Source: Marsupella aquatica (lineage: Eukaryota; Plantae; Marchantiophyta). Taken from it: DNA of 64,000 bases. Under the pieces are notes generated by a model. The model was given only the letters and a program-made list of their open reading frames with translations, did not search any database and was not told the DNA's origin. Positions 59,849 through 64,000 of the stretch are shown in pieces (position 1 is the first letter of the stretch; each line of letters begins with the position of its first letter). The stretch is from the NCBI GenBank assembly GCA_973895155.1, contig OZ316899.1, positions 2,131,573-2,195,572 of the forward strand, read 5' to 3'. Both the position numbers and the translations under genes were made by a program.

Positions 59849-62800
59849 TGTAACAAGGTGATAAAGAGATAAATGACTATTTACTCCTTAACAACTCGAT
59901 TTCGTTCCCGTTAGGAGTGGATAAGATCGAAAAGACTGAATTAACACAATTTGAGAAGTTTACACCAACATTCTTAGGTTGGAGAGATTTCTAATGATCT
60001 CCTTAACATAAGTGTTTAACCACAAACTCAAGTGGGTAATCCTTAGGATTCACAGTGCAATAATAAAGACTAGAATTAACAAAGATTGAAACTAGAGAGA
60101 GTAGGTAGGAGGTTTCAAAGCGCAAGGAAATTGAATTCCGACCATCACCACTCCTTCAATAAGGATTATGGCCTAATTTAAGATTCGAAAATCAACATTG
60201 TATATGCTTTTTGATTTCTCATAGCAACTCTTCTCCATCTCTTGAATTTAGAAGACAACAATGTAAATCAACCCGGAACACTTTTCTGGTCTTGCTTAAG
60301 ACGGTACTAGGATACTCGAATTGGTTTACTTCTCCTACTATCCTTAAGATTGCTTATTTGAGTTTCACGCAAATTCCAATTTCTCTTTGGTGAATCTTCT
60401 ATATGAATTGGTCACAGACCTTGCTGATCTTCCAATATCATCATAGGCACACGCTAGTATTCATTGAATATTGCACAACAATTCAAAGGGTTGCTAATCT
60501 TGAAACTTCTCTTTACTTAACCATGGTAAAAAGAAGGGAAGAAAAGACATAGATTTCTCCAAAATCAAAATGGGGAAATCAAATGCATCTCTCTCTCCCA
60601 AGGTTGACTTTGAGTTCTCCTCCTTTTGTACTAAAAGTGGAGATTATGAAAAGACATGCCTCTTCAAAACCCAAGTCTAAAGAAATATGTAAATAAAAGT
60701 GAACTATCCTAGTCAAAAATGGAGTAGAGTCTCCAATGGATACATCAACAAAATACTGGAGTCTACTTACTCATATACTAATCTATATAGCTATTTCTAA
60801 GTCTAAACTAATGTGGCTCTAACTCTCTAAATATAACTCTATTATGGTCCTAGCTTTTGGGAAGGAACTTCCTCAGGGTTAGCCATGGCACGGGGTTCTG
60901 GTCGAAGGAAAACTCCCTGCTGGCCAGTGGTAAAAGGGATGGACGGGTCAATATCCATGTTCTCCTGATGGGCACTTGGGTCATGAGAATAAGTGTAAGA
61001 ATGGGAGTGGAAGTGTGTACTGGGAGTGGGGAAACCAGGAGGGTTGAGGGGTGATGAGGGGTTAGTGGAATAGACTCCTTCATGAGGACTAGGAGAGAAA
61101 GATCTGGTAGTAAAGGCAGGAATCTCAGTATCAGCTAATAGCTCCTTTGTAGTCAAGCCACTCATCTCCCTTAAGGCTTCACAGGTCTTTGAGAGACCCA
61201 TAAGTGCATCATCCACCTTGGTACTCACATCTACCACTAAATGGTTAATCTTGGAGAAAATGATGGGTGTGGTGTTCTTGGCCAAATACTCATCATAAAT
61301 TTGGGCCTTAAGAAGATCCAGAGAAGCTATCTTAGTCAAAGGCTCAATCAGATCCAAAGATTGAGTGATACTAAGTTGGAGAGTATGCTCAAGCTCATTC
61401 TTCTTCTTACTCCTTTCCAACTGCTGTTTGAGTTCAGATACCTTCTTCTTGAGGAACTCATTCTCCTTCTCCAACTTCCTCTTATCTGTGGCATCACTCA
61501 TGGTGGAGATCTTCTCAAGAATCTGCCCTGGTTTTACTCCTAACTTTTGAGAAATGTCAGTGATGGCCTTCTCCATCACAGTGGTCTTCCTCTTCACCTT
61601 CTGGAATGTGTCTGAGATGATCTGGAAATCAGCTAGGGTGTCTAGGGAGGCATGGCCGGGTGCATCCGGAAATTCAGCCGGGTCGACGAAGGCCGGGTCG
61701 GCAAAGTCCGGGTCGAGGTTCCGGGCAGCAGACCGGGTCTTTCGAGGATTTGTCTCTGCTGGTTCCTCATCCTCACTGTCATCAGAGGTGGTCTGGGTGA
61801 TATCTGGATCTGTCTCTCCATACTTTATGAAGTTGAACTTGGCCAATAGTAATTTCTTCTCCTCTCTGAACAAGACTCCTTCAAAACTATATAGATGTGC
61901 CAGGTAGCAAGAGAGGGGAGTAGGACTCTTGTTGGACAGGTTCTGTACCAACTTCCTTATTAAGTCAAAGATAAGCTTAGCCCAGTTGACTTTTCTTTCT
62001 CCCTTGTAAGCAGCAACAATGGTAGAGCCAACTCCAACAGTAACTCTTCTTGGCTTCTCAGGGTACAACAGGGGTAGCAGAAAGCTGAAGACTCATCTCA
62101 GATCAGGATCCAAACACTTAGAAACATTGAACCCGTCCTTACTGTTGATGGCTCCTTTGAAGTAAGGAAGGATTAGGTTGACAGCTCTCCCCACTGGACC
62201 TTCTCCTTCATCTTCCAATACAAAAGCTCCTGCAATCATCATCTGAGTCCATCGCTCAGGTTGGCCTCTAGAGGTATCATTAAACTCAGCCGGACACTCC
62301 TTGGATCGGATCTCTCTGATCATATCTTCGCTCTGATAACTCCAGGGTAGCTCCATCAGAGACTCACAGCCCATCCTGAGCAAAGACTCCCTCAGTTTGA
62401 CCTTCTCAGCTTCACTATCCGGAATAGCTGGCCTCAGAATTTTCATGGCAATGGGGACCTCCTTTCTCTTTGATCGTCTCACAGGGGCTTTAACCGGAGT
62501 AGGTGCAGGTGATGTTGAGGTTGAATGCCCCTTAGAGAAGCGAGAAGTGGACATTCCGGCTGGATCCGCCCCTTGCTCCATAGGATTTCTGGAAGCAGAA
62601 AATTGATTTCTGGTAAATGTTCTGCCTCCTCTACGGCGAGCTCTACAATGATGCGACTTTAGAATGTTCAATCTCTTCGGTGTCGACCACTGGTACAAAT
62701 GTCCGGGTCGGCCTGGCAGCAGCGTTTCTGATCAACTGAAAATTGTTTTGGAAGAATTGCATCAAGATTTCATTAACCACAATGCAGGGTCATCTAACGT

Positions 62801-63450
62801 GGGGAAATGCTAGACTCAATCGGGCCTGCAATGGTAATGGCCGGGTCGACCTGGCCTCCCTTCTCACAACCGATGTATCCACGATCAGGATCTCAAACTT
62901 CCTGCCTTGACTTCCAGCGGTGGAGTAGGCATTCCCCTCACAACAAATCAGTCAGTACCCTCATATCCAGGCTCTCATCATGCAATGCAAGATTGGTCCT
63001 ATAATCCGGACCCAAGATCCTCTACCAAAAGGGTAGAGCCTCCTCACTCTATTGCTTAAACAGCCTAATGCGCTCGGGAGCTCAAAACCTACTAAGTTTG
63101 GCTTTGAGAGGTGTGAGAGGCCGGATCGACTCTCCTTCCTTATATCCGGATTCTGCTGTGGTCGTGCCTGTGTTTGACTTATGGTTTTAAAAACTTTGGC
63201 AATGGACAGCTGTTGTTGAGTAGAGTCTCGGTATAAGCTTTATATCTCATTCAAGGCTTATAGTAAAAAGTTCCGGGTCGATCCTCCTTCTCTAATATCA
63301 ATCCGGGTTGACCTCAGATGGGCTTGAAAGTCTCATAACACTTCAAAGTAGTCTTCAGGTCCCTCTTCGGCCTCATTTGAGATCTTAAATGTAAAAATTC
63401 TAAAATTTATGGTTAGTTAACCCTTCTTTCATAAACATCCTTATCTCACA
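59849..63450. mobile_element. 3602-bp solo LTR with perfect TSD CTTCT inside the MULE transposase
   Basis: TGTAAC...CTCACA, with CTTCT at 59844-59848 and 63451-63455. Removing it restores the transposase frame. Confidence 0.93.
60842..62581 (-). pseudogene. ~580-codon LTR-encoded ORF homologous to 2434-4845
   Basis: Track ORFs 62093-62698 and 60842-62068 share a frame, split by one TGA (62093-62095). Core LLRMGCESLMELPW, RGQPERWT, KDGFNVSKC, FLLPLLYPEKP, KVNWA, YLAHLY, then a coiled coil. TATA-like GGATATAAGG on the minus strand at ~63140. Confidence 0.8.
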
Positions 63451-64000
63451 CTTCTGCCCAAACAATGTCTGTCACAAGACCAGGGGTCGCAAGTCAATTG
63501 CCCAACTTCCCGTAGTACCCTCATCTCTAAAAGTTCTTCGAGGGACAGAGTTAACTCCTCATGAAATCAGCTTCTTGCTTGGCTTGGGTTTTCAGATTGA
63601 TGGTCTCTATTACATGGATTGTGAACCAGATGGCAGCGTTGCTCCTCCAGGTCGTGTGGAACTTCGAATTGACGTTAACTCTTTCCCAGAAAAGGTTGAT
63701 GTAAACTATTTGAATAGACGACTCAGGACACAAAATGGAAAGGGTGCTCGTCAACGTTTCAACTTCGCTGCAGAACTTGTTAAAAGGATTCAGTCTGCAA
63801 ATGAAGAGCAAATGAGGATTGTGGCTTGTGAGAAGATCATCCAAGGAAATGGATGGGGAAGACAGTTTTTGATTGCGACGCATGAAAACAACCCTAGTAA
63901 ATGTAGTAAATATTGGATTCAGTTGTGCGTCTTCCCATGTTGCTCCTGTGAGGATTTCTATAAGCGGCGTTCGCATGGAAAGCCTTACATGTCTTGTAAA

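Larger units (their letters stand above)
56761..64000 (+). pseudogene. Mutator-like (MULE) DDE transposase with GCM/WRKY-type Cys/His N-terminal domain and C-terminal SWIM finger; interrupted by a solo LTR; runs off the window
   Basis: DGYPW..CSGVVRCQNLNC..CGFC..C..HDH; catalytic VSFDVMH, GFMADNA, DAFH ([C/D]xxH signature) and GAESVH. Intron 58799-58917; two frameshifts at ~57715-57830. The frame continues after the solo LTR (LYF|CPNNVC) to YWIQLCVFPCCSCEDF..YMSCK. Confidence 0.88.

Noticed and set aside
63541-63552. GGGACA at 63547 as the right end of the solo LTR
   Set aside because: No TSD there; CA at 63450 gives the perfect CTTCT TSD and restores the transposase frame.
1-64000. rRNA, tRNA or prokaryotic operons / contamination
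   Set aside because: No rRNA or tRNA structure seen. The prokaryote-like ParB-MTase gene has four spliceosomal introns and is embedded among plant TEs.

Overview
Eukaryotic, TE-dense genomic DNA with GT-AG introns, most consistent with a seed-free land plant (bryophyte-like; host assignment is inference). One host-type gene is present: a 5-exon NLR immune receptor (minus strand, ~10.9-15.8 kb). The rest is nested mobile DNA: a Ty3/gypsy integrase ending in a PHD finger, CACTA-like and copia remnants, a decayed Helitron, a full-length Athila-like gypsy element with 3.9-kb LTRs, a Bianca-type copia with TG..TA termini and a TSD, several 3.6-4.0-kb LTRs/solo LTRs, and a Mutator-like (MULE/SWIM) transposon. 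Two things stand out. (1) The MULE carries a divergently transcribed, intron-containing accessory gene combining a ParB/Sulfiredoxin-like N-terminal domain with a beta-class (N4C/N6A) DNA-methyltransferase-like C-terminal domain. Its non-coding DNA (divergent promoter, two introns, 3' region) holds seven copies of an 18-bp palindrome GCYAGCGA-NN-TCGCTRGC, suggesting a protein-plus-cis-site epigenetic/anti-silencing module. (2) Four different giant LTRs each encode a homologous 580-880 aa protein inside the LTR itself, so solo LTRs are self-contained gene cassettes. All domain assignments come from motif recognition by eye; no database searches were run.
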